55,947 bases of DNA from Candidatus Bathyarchaeia archaeon. Lineage in GTDB: Archaea; Thermoproteota; Bathyarchaeia; Bathyarchaeales; Bathycorpusculaceae. Shown one piece after another: positions 20,108 to 29,702 of this stretch. The translations under genes and the position numbers were made by a program. Within the stretch, counting starts at the first letter, position 1; the number at the start of each line of letters is the position of its first letter. Under the pieces are notes generated by a model. That model did no database searches, had not been told where the DNA came from, and worked only from the letters and a program-made list of their open reading frames with translations. The stretch covers positions 1 to 55,947 of the forward strand of contig JBBFKZ010000007.1 in the NCBI GenBank assembly GCA_037481775.1, read 5' to 3'.

Positions 20108-20719
20108 ATGTCTGCTGTAAAAATGTTTAGTCTGCCGAAGCTACCTTATGACTATAATGCGCTTGCACCGTACATGTCTGAGGAGCAGTTGAAGCTGCAT
20201 CACGATAAGCATCATCAGGCATACGTAAACGGCGCCAACGCCATATTCGAGAAGCTGGACAAGGCGAGAAAAGAAAACCTAGACATCGACATGAAAGCAA
20301 CACTGAAGGAGCTGTCGTTCCACATAGGCGGCCACCTGCTGCACAGCACTTTCTGGGATAACTTGGCGCCTCCCGGCAAAGGCGGAGGAAAACCAGGCGG
20401 AGCAATAGCTGATGCAATACAGAAGGAATTTGGAAGTTTTGAGCGTTTCAAGAAAGAGTTTACTCAAGCCGCCACAAGCGTTGAAGGCTCAGGCTGGGCT
20501 GCGCTGGTCGTGCAGCAATGTGTTGACAGGCCGCTGATAATGCAGATAGAAAAGCATAATGTGAACGTTTATCCTGCATTTCGCTTGCTTATGGTTCTCG
20601 ACGTGTGGGAACACGCGTACTACGTTGACTACAAGAATGACCGCGCCAAATTCGTTGAAGGCTTCTGGAACCTCGTTAACTGGGACTACATTGACAAAAC
20701 ATACAAGCTTGTAAAGTAG
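20108..20719 (+). CDS. sod: Fe/Mn superoxide dismutase
   Basis: [32 protein letters not shown]. Confidence 0.97.
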   Translation: MSAVKMFSLPKLPYDYNALAPYMSEEQLKLHHDKHHQAYVNGANAIFEKLDKARKENLDIDMKATLKELSFHIGGHLLHSTFWDNLAPPGKGGGKPGGAIADAIQKEFGSFERFKKEFTQAATSVEGSGWAALVVQQCVDRPLIMQIEKHNVNVYPAFRLLMVLDVWEHAYYVDYKNDRAKFVEGFWNLVNWDYIDKTYKLVK

Positions 20720-20775
20720 ATAAACACCATTTCCACTCTTTTTCCCTCTCAAGCTCTTAGAGAAGCCATCTGATA

Positions 20776-20821
20776 CCCCTCTATAGGTTTCTGCAATGAA
20801 TTGCTAATATGCGCCAAATAT
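20776..20821 (+). repeat. 46-bp dispersed intergenic repeat, copy B
   Basis: CCCCTCTATAGGTTTCTGCAATGAATTGCTAATATGCGCCAAATAT. Confidence 0.9.
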
Positions 20822-20867
20822 GAGCATGTGGAATGATAAATTTCATATATAAGTCGCCGCATCTACA

Positions 20868-21947
20868 ATGCGGTGCATGTTGATGAGTGGATCATACTTT
20901 AATAGAAAGCTGGAACCGATAATGGTTAGAGAGAAAAGTATTTCGCAGCTTCTGGCGGAAATGAGCCGAACTGCTTATCAAGGAAGAAAACTGGGCGAAG
21001 CCGTGGGCATTTGGGAAAAAATGCTTCAAGAAAAGGATTTGACCATTGTTATGGGTTTTGCGGGGTCAATGAGCACGGCTGGTCAGTGGACGATTGTTAA
21101 TTGGCTTATGGAGAACCGTTTCATTGATGTGTTGGTTTCAACAGGAGCCAACGTTTCAGAAGACATCGTGGACGCCATGGGCTTCGGCTACTGGCAGGGC
21201 AGCCACTTAGTGAACGATGAGGAACTGTTGAAGGCTGACATTAACAGGTATTATGATGTTTTCGGAAAGGAAACAGACTATCGCAAAATGGAAGAGTTGC
21301 TCACGGATTTCATCATGACCTTAAAAACTGATTACGTGTATTCATCTGCAGAGTTCTTATATTTATTGGGCAAATATCTTAGTGAGAGAAAAATTCCAGC
21401 CATCGCTGCGGTTGCCTACGAAAACGGCGTCCCAATATTCAGCCCAGCCATGGTTGACAGCGCTTACGGCGAAGCCTTTCTGATGGCCAAGAACAGAGGT
21501 CACAACGTAATCCTCGACAGCGTAAAGGAATTCGACCAATTTGTCACCATAGGCACAAAAACGCAGGACATCGGCGTAGTTTACATCGGCGGAGGAGTGC
21601 CTAAAGACTTCACTCAGCTTATTGCAATATCGGTTTCGCCGAAAACAAACGACCAAGGCGTTAAAAGTAGGAAGGGCGGCCTGCGCAAGAGCCTGCAGGA
21701 ATACTATTACCCACACAAGTACGCCATACAAATAACCACAGACTCGCCGCAATGGGGCGGCTTAAGCGGCTGCACGCTGGAAGAGGCTATTAGCTGGGGA
21801 AAAATTAACAGTCAAAGCGGCACGCGCGCCGTATGCTACTGTGACGCCACCATTGCCTTGCCGCTGATAGCGCATGCACTCTGTGAACGGGTGAAAACCA
21901 AGCGTAAAGGGCCAGACATGTCGTGGCTCTTCAAAGACGTAGTCTAA
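20868..21947 (+). CDS. Deoxyhypusine synthase-family protein (divergent paralogue)
   Basis: STGAN, GGGVPKDF, DSPQWGGLSGCTLEEAISWGK, DATIALPL. Confidence 0.88.
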   Translation: MRCMLMSGSYFNRKLEPIMVREKSISQLLAEMSRTAYQGRKLGEAVGIWEKMLQEKDLTIVMGFAGSMSTAGQWTIVNWLMENRFIDVLVSTGANVSEDIVDAMGFGYWQGSHLVNDEELLKADINRYYDVFGKETDYRKMEELLTDFIMTLKTDYVYSSAEFLYLLGKYLSERKIPAIAAVAYENGVPIFSPAMVDSAYGEAFLMAKNRGHNVILDSVKEFDQFVTIGTKTQDIGVVYIGGGVPKDFTQLIAISVSPKTNDQGVKSRKGGLRKSLQEYYYPHKYAIQITTDSPQWGGLSGCTLEEAISWGKINSQSGTRAVCYCDATIALPLIAHALCERVKTKRKGPDMSWLFKDVV

Positions 21948-22882
21948 GCCCTGCTCAGCCGAGTTAACAGCGCGCTTGCCATTAGGGGCAGTATCAGCGA
22001 AGCGTCACCTTCAATCATTATGCGCTTTGCTTGCGCGCTTATTTTTCCCCATGAGACCGCTTCGCGCGGGCGGGCGCCGCTGAGGCTGCCGTCCCACTCG
22101 TCTGCGGTGCTCACGTAAACAACGTAGTCTAAGCCGTTTTTGAATTGGTTCCACCATATCGTATGGTGCTTTGAGATGCCTCCGCCGACGATTAGCGCTC
22201 CTGTTTTTTTAGCCGTAAAAATTAGGTCGCTTAATTCGCCTTCATCCTTCAGTAGGTTAAGCCTAAAATCGTGGTCTTGGCTGAAAAGCCATGTTTGATA
22301 GCCTACTGCGCCGTCCGTGATTCCGGGCACGTAGACTTGGATGCCGTTTTTCGCCGCCCAGTAAAGTATGGAAGTCTCGTTGCAGCAGCGTAAGCCTATT
22401 TCGCGGCACAGTTGACTGCCAGAAACCTCTCTCAAGCCCTCTTTCCAGAGGCTTTCCAGCAACGTCTGCATCTTCTGCTCTATTATTGTTCCGTAGCTGT
22501 CGTTTGGAACCAGCACGTTGCCTAAGCGGTTTATGCCCATCTCATGCAGCTTAGCATCGTTCATGACGAAGGAGCCCTTGTAATAGCTTCTCCAGCACCT
22601 CGCCAAGTCATGATCCAAGGTTCCGCATGTTGTGATGATAACGTCAACGAGTTTTCTTTTCGCGAGCTCTTTAAAGACGCCGCGCGCGCCCGTGGCCACA
22701 AGGTTGCCGGTGAAGGAAAGAAACTTGACACAGCCGGCTGTGCGAATCATGCGTTCCAGGATGTCTACTCCCACAGCAACTTTGCCGGCTGTAAAGCCCC
22801 ATGCCTCTTTCATCTGGTTAACAAGTTCATTCACCATTATGTCTCCGCTGAACTCATAGTCTTTAACAGTGTCCTTCAGCAT
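21944..22882 (-). CDS. dys: Deoxyhypusine synthase (canonical archaeal type)
   Basis: FLSFTGNL, NRLGNV, GGGISKHH, DGSLSGARPREAVSWGK. Confidence 0.9.
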   Translation of the reverse strand: MLKDTVKDYEFSGDIMVNELVNQMKEAWGFTAGKVAVGVDILERMIRTAGCVKFLSFTGNLVATGARGVFKELAKRKLVDVIITTCGTLDHDLARCWRSYYKGSFVMNDAKLHEMGINRLGNVLVPNDSYGTIIEQKMQTLLESLWKEGLREVSGSQLCREIGLRCCNETSILYWAAKNGIQVYVPGITDGAVGYQTWLFSQDHDFRLNLLKDEGELSDLIFTAKKTGALIVGGGISKHHTIWWNQFKNGLDYVVYVSTADEWDGSLSGARPREAVSWGKISAQAKRIMIEGDASLILPLMASALLTRLSRA

Positions 22883-22945
22883 AGCGCATGTTCTCCGCTG
22901 TTCTCTTTTTAGAGTGATAAAATAAATACGTGTCGAATAAAACTG

Positions 22946-23824
22946 TCATTCAGATAGGTAGGCGATGATTTTTTCGTATAAGTCTTTGTCTCTTTGGTCT
23001 TCGTAGCCCGCGTAAATGCTTGGGTTGTCGTTGACTTCCACCACAACGTAGTCGCCATCAACCTCTTTGATGTCCACGCCGTATAGGCCTTTCCCAACAA
23101 CGCGGCAGGCTTTCAGCGCTACTTCCTTCAGCTCTTCCGGCGCATTTTTCTTCTTAACCGCCACGGTTCTGCCCCAGATAACCGTAGGCTTACCTCGGAG
23201 CTTTGCGCCGTGCTTCCAGCGGCCCTTTGGAATCATGTATTTGCAAACGTACAGGACCTCATCGTTTAGAACGCCGACGCGCCAGTCGAAGGCTGTTGGC
23301 ACGAATTTCTGGACGGCGATCATGTCGGATTTTCTGAAGAACCTTTTGGCGATGTCGCGGAAGCTTGTTTCACATGAGGCTTTTTCCACATACCGTGAGA
23401 AGCTGGTGTATGGCGCTTTTATGACAACGGGCTTTCCTAAAGTGTCAAATACGTCCGAGATTTTTTTGTGATTAAGCTCGTACTTGCTTAGGAACAGTGT
23501 TGGAATATGCGGTACGTTGAATTTTTCAAATAACTCGTATTGATGGATTTTGTTGGCGCACACCTTTATCGATTCGGGGTCATCGATGACCTTCAGCCCC
23601 AGCGTCCAGGCGGTTTTCGAAACGATGTATGCAGTGTTGAGCGGGTCAGTGGTTGCTCTGATGAATACAGCGTTATACCGTGGTATTTCGGGTATGTCTT
23701 CCTTGAATAGAAACTTGAATTCTCGCCCCGAGTTTTCTGCGACCCGTTTAAAGTTTTGAAGAGCCGCTTCTTCGGCGGGGTCAGAGAAATTGTATTTCTC
23801 TACGAAACAAGCAATTTTAGTCAT
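22946..23824 (-). CDS. RimK-family ATP-grasp ligase
   Basis: VIDDP.SI..C.NK, PVVIKAP.TSFS, QKFVPT.FDWRVGVL, GLYGVDIK, EVNDNPSI. Confidence 0.9.
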   Translation of the reverse strand: MTKIACFVEKYNFSDPAEEAALQNFKRVAENSGREFKFLFKEDIPEIPRYNAVFIRATTDPLNTAYIVSKTAWTLGLKVIDDPESIKVCANKIHQYELFEKFNVPHIPTLFLSKYELNHKKISDVFDTLGKPVVIKAPYTSFSRYVEKASCETSFRDIAKRFFRKSDMIAVQKFVPTAFDWRVGVLNDEVLYVCKYMIPKGRWKHGAKLRGKPTVIWGRTVAVKKKNAPEELKEVALKACRVVGKGLYGVDIKEVDGDYVVVEVNDNPSIYAGYEDQRDKDLYEKIIAYLSE

Positions 23825-24560
23825 TCACGTGATCATCCTGCTTGGAGAGCAGCAAAACTTCTTGAGATATTTGTTGCACGTCGCTTGGAGAAAGCTCGTT
23901 TCTTTTTAAAGGTTGAAAACCGCAGAGATACACTTTCCCCTCAACCTTTTGGATATGCAGTTTACAAACTGGAATCCTAAAAACCTCATAGACCTTAGCC
24001 AAAATTTCCTGTACTTCCTCATCATCGGATTCACTGCATTTGCCAAAAACCGATTTAAACGAAACCATTTCTCCTTTAAGCGGTTGAGCACAAACGGCAA
24101 ACTTGTAATTCATGCTTAAACTTTTCACCGCCCGGTACAATGCACTTCTGTTATGCGCTATTTTATAGCCACTGTAAATAAACGGGTTAACAGCGAAAAC
24201 AGCCACTGGAAAACCATATTCACGCATTATTTTCTTCACTGAATCCGTGACAAGGAAGGGCGTCGTGGGAACCCCTGCCTTGGCCGCTCTAAGCAGCAGG
24301 AGCGGCGTGCGGTTGGCATCGATTATATCTTCACTTGAGGGAATTACTGCATCACCGATTACTTCCGCGTGTAGAGACACGTAGTATCCAATTTTCAAAT
24401 AGCGATAATCATTGTTAACGTTGACAATGAAGTCTTTAACTGTTGATTTAAGAAACTGGGAAGGACGCATTACGCGAATATCAGCAGTTAGGTCAAGGTC
24501 TGAGACGACCAACACCCATAGGACACCAGACAATTGAAAGCTCGTTATCAATTTAGCCAT
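23817..24560 (-). CDS. RimK-like ATP-grasp N-terminal (RLAN) domain protein; true start may be downstream
   Basis: IVNVNNDYRYLKIGYYVSLHAEVIG..VIPS resembles the RLAN motif; overlaps the rimK-family gene. Confidence 0.72.
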   Translation of the reverse strand: MAKLITSFQLSGVLWVLVVSDLDLTADIRVMRPSQFLKSTVKDFIVNVNNDYRYLKIGYYVSLHAEVIGDAVIPSSEDIIDANRTPLLLLRAAKAGVPTTPFLVTDSVKKIMREYGFPVAVFAVNPFIYSGYKIAHNRSALYRAVKSLSMNYKFAVCAQPLKGEMVSFKSVFGKCSESDDEEVQEILAKVYEVFRIPVCKLHIQKVEGKVYLCGFQPLKRNELSPSDVQQISQEVLLLSKQDDHVND

Positions 24561-24654
24561 ATTTAAAATTAACTATCTGCTTATCCTGAACCCTTCAAAG
24601 AGCATACGGATGTAACATGTATGGAAAAGCGCATGGCCACCAGCCGCCGAACAG

Positions 24655-24700
24655 CCCCTCTATAGGTTTCTGCAATTAATTTCTAATAGCCGCCAAATAT
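24655..24700 (+). repeat. 46-bp dispersed intergenic repeat, copy C
   Basis: CCCCTCTATAGGTTTCTGCAATTAATTTCTAATAGCCGCCAAATAT; 42/46 identical to copy B. Confidence 0.88.
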
Positions 24701-24786
24701 GAAGACGCCTTTGCCTAGAATTATAGGCACTCTTCGTTTGTTAAAAAGTTGCGTTGCGGGAGTTATGATGGTGAGTTGTCTGTAGG

Positions 24787-25356
24787 CTAAGTTGCGGGGG
24801 CGGCTGGTTGGGCTTCGTTTCTTGTAGGCGCTACTGTTGTCTGCCCAGCTGTGCTGGCAGGCTGCGGGCTCGGCGCCTGTACTGTTTGTGCTGGTGTTTG
24901 CGTTAAATTTACGGTTTGTTCAGTCTCAGATTTAGTTACGGTGGGTAAAATCTGGATTTTTTCCGCCATGGGATGTAACAGGTCTGGTGGCGGGTAAGGT
25001 GTGTTTAGAATAGAAGCAAGGATGTAGATTGAGTTGAAAACATGCTGGTAAACTGTGAAGAGAATTTGTGGGATCTTTGTTTTCGGGTTTGCTTCCAACT
25101 TCTTTTTTATGTCGGTAGGCGTGCCTTCCAAAGTTACAATTCCAGCGGTTGAGTATTTTACAACGTTTGGTTTGGTGGTTATAGACAAGCTGAAGTTCAG
25201 ATCAACTTGGTTACTGCTACGCTTTTGCTCTTCAAGCTTGACGTTTATGTCAAAAAATAGGTCTGCAGACGGTAAATATTCGCTGGTTCTTTCAGCTTGA
25301 AGGCTGTTTATGCGAATAGAAACGATGACGCCTGTAACAGAATATTTTGGACAGAT
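24787..25356 (-). CDS. Hypothetical protein with P/Q/A/T-rich tail; start uncertain
   Basis: ORF-track call 24787-25188; the frame stays open to 25377 with protein-like sequence but no ATG/GTG/TTG. Confidence 0.6.
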   Translation of the reverse strand: MCPKYSVTGVIVSIRINSLQAERTSEYLPSADLFFDINVKLEEQKRSSNQVDLNFSLSITTKPNVVKYSTAGIVTLEGTPTDIKKKLEANPKTKIPQILFTVYQHVFNSIYILASILNTPYPPPDLLHPMAEKIQILPTVTKSETEQTVNLTQTPAQTVQAPSPQPASTAGQTTVAPTRNEAQPAAPAT

Positions 25357-25439
25357 TACGGATTCCCCTAACTTACTTCAACTATTTCATATTTAACTTT
25401 TGTAGCTTCTAAGATCACCAGCCCTCACAATGCGGTCGG

Positions 25440-26006
25440 CTACTTATTGGTGAAATCGAAGAAGGCAACGGGAACCGATAGCTCGGCGGTGAATTTGAAG
25501 ACTTCATTAGCAAGTGTCCCGCTCTTTGCGCGTAGCACCATCTTCTTAGGAATGTCGTCTTCAATGTAAACCATGTAATTGACGTTTTTTCCTAACCCAA
25601 GTCGCTCTAACTGCTGAATTGCCGCTCGGAACTTTTCGATACTCTGGATCTTTTCACCAATTTTCTCGATTGCCTCGAACAGCATCTCCGCTTGCCCTTG
25701 TTCAGTAGAAGACAGCAAAATTTCGCCTGATTGAATCCAAACTGATGCTTCATTCTTGCTTTTTCCGCCTTTTTTGCCTGAAGCCTTTTTTTCAGCGGTT
25801 TTCTTTGGAGGACCACGTAGGTTTTTTTGCAACGCAGCTAACTTTTGATACCATTCATCATTCTTGTGATTTTCTTCGCAGCTCCGCAGAAGCGCTCCAA
25901 GCCATTGACTGTAGTCTTCATATAGCAGTTTATACTGGTCCAGCTGCTCGCTTATGTATTCGTTCATTTCTTTTAGGGCGGTAAATGTGCGAATTTCAGT
26001 TCCCAC
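25440..26006 (-). CDS. Hypothetical protein (helical, Lys-rich linker)
   Basis: 188-aa ORF with GGTGA SD; co-oriented with neighbours. Confidence 0.8.
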   Translation of the reverse strand: MGTEIRTFTALKEMNEYISEQLDQYKLLYEDYSQWLGALLRSCEENHKNDEWYQKLAALQKNLRGPPKKTAEKKASGKKGGKSKNEASVWIQSGEILLSSTEQGQAEMLFEAIEKIGEKIQSIEKFRAAIQQLERLGLGKNVNYMVYIEDDIPKKMVLRAKSGTLANEVFKFTAELSVPVAFFDFTNK

Positions 26007-26060
26007 CGTATTTCACCCGCATAGGCTATTTTTTGGCTTTATTGGTCCGTGGCTAGCAGA

Positions 26061-26627
26061 TCATTTTTGGGCTGCTGAATACAGCGTCGCCATTGTATCG
26101 GAAACTCTCTGAATTTCCTTGGTCACTGTTGATAGGAATTGAACTCTGTTCTCAATTTTGGTTTTCTGCTCGCTGGTAAGTATTTTGAATTTTGGCATTA
26201 CGTTCCGGACTACCAGAATCATGAGGTCGCGATTTTGTTCGTCGGCAAGGTTTCGTAGCTCCATGCGTTCGTCTTCATGTATAAGAGCGATGTGGCCTGT
26301 GGGGTCGACGTAGGCTTTTTTGATGTTGCCGATTTCTGCAGGCAAAATCTCGATTGAAACTGGTATTGAGGATGCCAAGGGCTGCATTAGCTTGAGGAAG
26401 GATTTGAAGAATTCGGCGACTAAGAGTTTTTCTTCTGAAGACATTTCGCTTATTTGGCCGATGTCTTCTGCTAGGCTTCTTATTGTTTCGGCGAATTCTT
26501 GTAGTGACATTTGCGCTGCTGGTTTTCCGCCTGTTTTAGGTGAGTATGTTTGTTGTTCAGTGATTTGGCTCAAGGTTGATCGATATTGCTTATGTTGTTC
26601 GTTGAAAAAAGTGCTTGTATGTTTCAA
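26061..26627 (-). CDS. Hypothetical coiled-coil protein; start may be later
   Basis: 188-aa ORF divergent from the MoxR gene. Confidence 0.75.
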   Translation of the reverse strand: MKHTSTFFNEQHKQYRSTLSQITEQQTYSPKTGGKPAAQMSLQEFAETIRSLAEDIGQISEMSSEEKLLVAEFFKSFLKLMQPLASSIPVSIEILPAEIGNIKKAYVDPTGHIALIHEDERMELRNLADEQNRDLMILVVRNVMPKFKILTSEQKTKIENRVQFLSTVTKEIQRVSDTMATLYSAAQK

Positions 26628-26765
26628 GAGTTACGCACATGGAAATTTAGATTTGTGGTTTGTGTGTGGTGGTTTGTAAACAAGAGGACGTATAACAAGT
26701 CGTAATACATAATATTTATATTAGTTTTTCCAAACAATAAATAACGTCTCCGGAGGACACTTCCC

Positions 26766-27791
26766 ATGAGTTATGGACATCAAGGCCTAAGAGAAGAGCG
26801 CACAATCAGCAGAATAGAAGAAGTCTCATCTCTTAGGCAAGACCTATTCAGAGTAACGGTGTCCATAAACAAGGAGCGGCCCATGTCAAAATCACCCTTA
26901 TACAACAAATACGACATCCAAAAATACGATCTTCACCCAAACTACAGTTTTGCCCACCTCGAAGACATGATACCCAAAAACACGCCGGAGTACATCGACA
27001 ATGGACAGCACTATGTAGAACGAATAGTGCGCGCGCTATATTACTTCAAACAATGCGCCTTAATAGGACCCTCAGGAACAGGCAAAACTCATGTGGTTTA
27101 CTTAGTAGCTGAACTCTGCGGTTTACCCCTCTGGGAGGTAAACTGCGGATTACAAACATCATCCTATGACCTTATAGGCCGCTTCATCGGCCTCGGAAAA
27201 GAAAACTGGGTTGACGGCTTGCTGACACAGTGGCTTAGACTAGGCGGAATAATGTACCTTGATGAAGCCAACATGATGAAGCAAGACGTTGCTACAAGAC
27301 TAAACCCAGTTTTAGATACCCGAGGCCACCTCGTACTTAACGAAAAAGATAACGAAGTAATAGAACGGCACAAATATGGCTACCTCATCATCAGCATGAA
27401 CCCGTACTCAGCTGAGTTCGCAGGAACCAAACCGTTAAACGCGGCGATGCGAAGGCGCATGGCAGTCTGGATAAACTTTGACTATCCCAGCGTAGGTGAG
27501 AGAATCTCTCCGAGCGAAGTTGAAATGCTGCAAAAGCGGACAAAAATAGATTACGATACAGCCTACAAGGTTATACAAGTAGGCGCTGAACTTAGACGAC
27601 AATACAAAGTTGGAGACTTGCCTTACGGGCCATCCCTTGGCGACTTGATAAATTGGGCTACATTAATATATGACGGAAATACACCGCTCCAAGCAGCAGA
27701 AGAAACAATCATTGCGTTAACCAGCGACAACACAGACATACAAGATGACGTTAGACGCGTGATAGAAACCATATTCGGCAACTCACGGTAA
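26766..27791 (+). CDS. MoxR-family AAA+ ATPase (CbbQ/NirQ/NorQ-like)
   Basis: GPSGTGKT, WVDG.L, MYLDEAN, RLNPVLD, SMNP, RRR..WINFDYP. Confidence 0.9.
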   Translation: MSYGHQGLREERTISRIEEVSSLRQDLFRVTVSINKERPMSKSPLYNKYDIQKYDLHPNYSFAHLEDMIPKNTPEYIDNGQHYVERIVRALYYFKQCALIGPSGTGKTHVVYLVAELCGLPLWEVNCGLQTSSYDLIGRFIGLGKENWVDGLLTQWLRLGGIMYLDEANMMKQDVATRLNPVLDTRGHLVLNEKDNEVIERHKYGYLIISMNPYSAEFAGTKPLNAAMRRRMAVWINFDYPSVGERISPSEVEMLQKRTKIDYDTAYKVIQVGAELRRQYKVGDLPYGPSLGDLINWATLIYDGNTPLQAAEETIIALTSDNTDIQDDVRRVIETIFGNSR

Positions 27792-27811
27792 CCAAGTAAA
27801 GGGCATCCCCC

Positions 27812-29533
27812 ATGGGATTCATCGATTATGCTTGGAATATCTCCCTTCAAAGGGATTCTTTGAAGCTAAAAATGATCATGGATCCTACTCTTAATCAGCC
27901 CACTCTTGAGCCAGATGCCTTTGGCTTCACCATAAAATTGCCCACTATACATTCCCAAGATCCCGAAAAGATTTCCTATTTATGCTATAATTTCCAATTC
28001 AACAGAGATGGAAAAGTAAAAATTGGGAGATTATTCCGCGCTGCCGTTCTGCACCTAACAACACATACAATGCTGCCTTTGCCGAAAGAAAAAGCTGCCC
28101 CAAAATTTTCATCAAACTCAATACTCCAAGTTTTCGCTAAAACTTTGGCTGTGGACACATGTGTAAACGCTTATATTCAAGCAGTGCACAGCAACAAACT
28201 TGCTGACCTTGCCTATGCAAACGCCATGTTCTTTATGAAACTTAAGCCATGTGAACGAATTATAACGCCCTCGACGAAGGCGATGGCTGCATTACTTTCA
28301 AAAGCCAACATAGGAATCATAAAAGGCAAACTTGATGTAGAACTGGAAAAAACCGTAAATGAATTAAACGATAAATTGCTCACCCTGAAAAAAGCAGCAG
28401 CCGCATCATTTACTGGAAATGCAGTTAACATCGAAGGATTATTTGACGAGACTGTAAACAACATAATCGCGGAGATGGAACCTTTTGGTCCTTTTCTGGA
28501 AGCACCTTCTTTGCCGCATACAGAAGACATAGGTTCCTGCAGCATCCTGAATCAAATGGGTATACAGCAGGACCAAGAATTTTACAACATTTTCTGTAAA
28601 GCCATCCAAACATTAGGCGGCTCAATCCCATGTGGGGTAGATTTTGATGCTATTTGGGGTAAAGAGCAAGAAGTAGAGGCACTGCAAGCTTTTGACGCGG
28701 AACAGCATCAGAAAGCGAAAAAAGAGAAAATTCTCTCAAGAATTAAACAGTATACTTCGTGGACCAGATTCAAAAAAGTCTGCTTCCCAGAAGAAGATTA
28801 CACGCAGTACTTGCGTGCCAGAACGCTCATTCAAGGAAGCAGCAAGAGACTGCTGGATAGTCTGCGCGTAGCGCAAAACACTCTGGACGATGATTATGGC
28901 AAGGATATTGGCCAACTTGATTTGCCCTCCGTAATTCAAGCGATAGCAAGCAAGAAACCAGCAACTGACGTTTTCTTTAAAGAAGAATACCTCAAACAAA
29001 GTTTTGCGTGGGCAATAATCTTCGATACAAGCGCAAGCATGCAAGTGAAGGGTGAATCCGCAAGGGCGCTGCTCATTTGCGTTGCAGAAGCGGCAAAAGA
29101 GCTGTTAATGGATCCAGGTTCATGGTCTCTTTATGGTTTCAACGACAAATTTTACATACTAAAAGACAGCAGCGAAGCCTATAATCGCCAAGTACGCGCC
29201 AGAATCGGTGGACTAAAATTTGAAGGATTATCTTACCTGCCGGATGCAGTTCGTGTTGCGGGTCAAGTTTTGACTAAACGTTTCGAAGAGCAACGTGTGC
29301 TAGTAGTAATTTCCGATGGCTACCCGTATGGCTATGCTAATATGCATCCTGCATTGGCATCTACAGTTAACAGGTTGCAGAAACAAGGAGTAATAGTAAT
29401 CGGCATAGGAGTTGAGACAGAAAAAATGAGCACGTTATTTAAACTGAACGTTGCAATCAACACTCAAAAAGACTTGATTAAACGCTTCGCCAAAATATAC
29501 ACCGACGCCTCCGCAGCGTTACTTGAAACTTAG
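27812..29533 (+). CDS. vWA-domain partner of MoxR (NorD/CbbO-like)
   Basis: C-terminal MIDAS DTSAS...VISDG; GQLDL motif; follows the MoxR gene. Confidence 0.85.
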   Translation: MGFIDYAWNISLQRDSLKLKMIMDPTLNQPTLEPDAFGFTIKLPTIHSQDPEKISYLCYNFQFNRDGKVKIGRLFRAAVLHLTTHTMLPLPKEKAAPKFSSNSILQVFAKTLAVDTCVNAYIQAVHSNKLADLAYANAMFFMKLKPCERIITPSTKAMAALLSKANIGIIKGKLDVELEKTVNELNDKLLTLKKAAAASFTGNAVNIEGLFDETVNNIIAEMEPFGPFLEAPSLPHTEDIGSCSILNQMGIQQDQEFYNIFCKAIQTLGGSIPCGVDFDAIWGKEQEVEALQAFDAEQHQKAKKEKILSRIKQYTSWTRFKKVCFPEEDYTQYLRARTLIQGSSKRLLDSLRVAQNTLDDDYGKDIGQLDLPSVIQAIASKKPATDVFFKEEYLKQSFAWAIIFDTSASMQVKGESARALLICVAEAAKELLMDPGSWSLYGFNDKFYILKDSSEAYNRQVRARIGGLKFEGLSYLPDAVRVAGQVLTKRFEEQRVLVVISDGYPYGYANMHPALASTVNRLQKQGVIVIGIGVETEKMSTLFKLNVAINTQKDLIKRFAKIYTDASAALLET

Positions 29534-29702
29534 CGCTACAAAAGGTCATGGTTGTTTTGCCTTCCGGATCAATTTAGGCATAGCGAAGCGACTGAAAATA
29601 TTGATTTACAATTCAGATTTGTGGATCATAATTATAAAATATATAGCCAGTCAGATTAGTCGCTAAAAATTCAGAAACAGAATCAGAAGGTGAACTTGCC
29701 GC

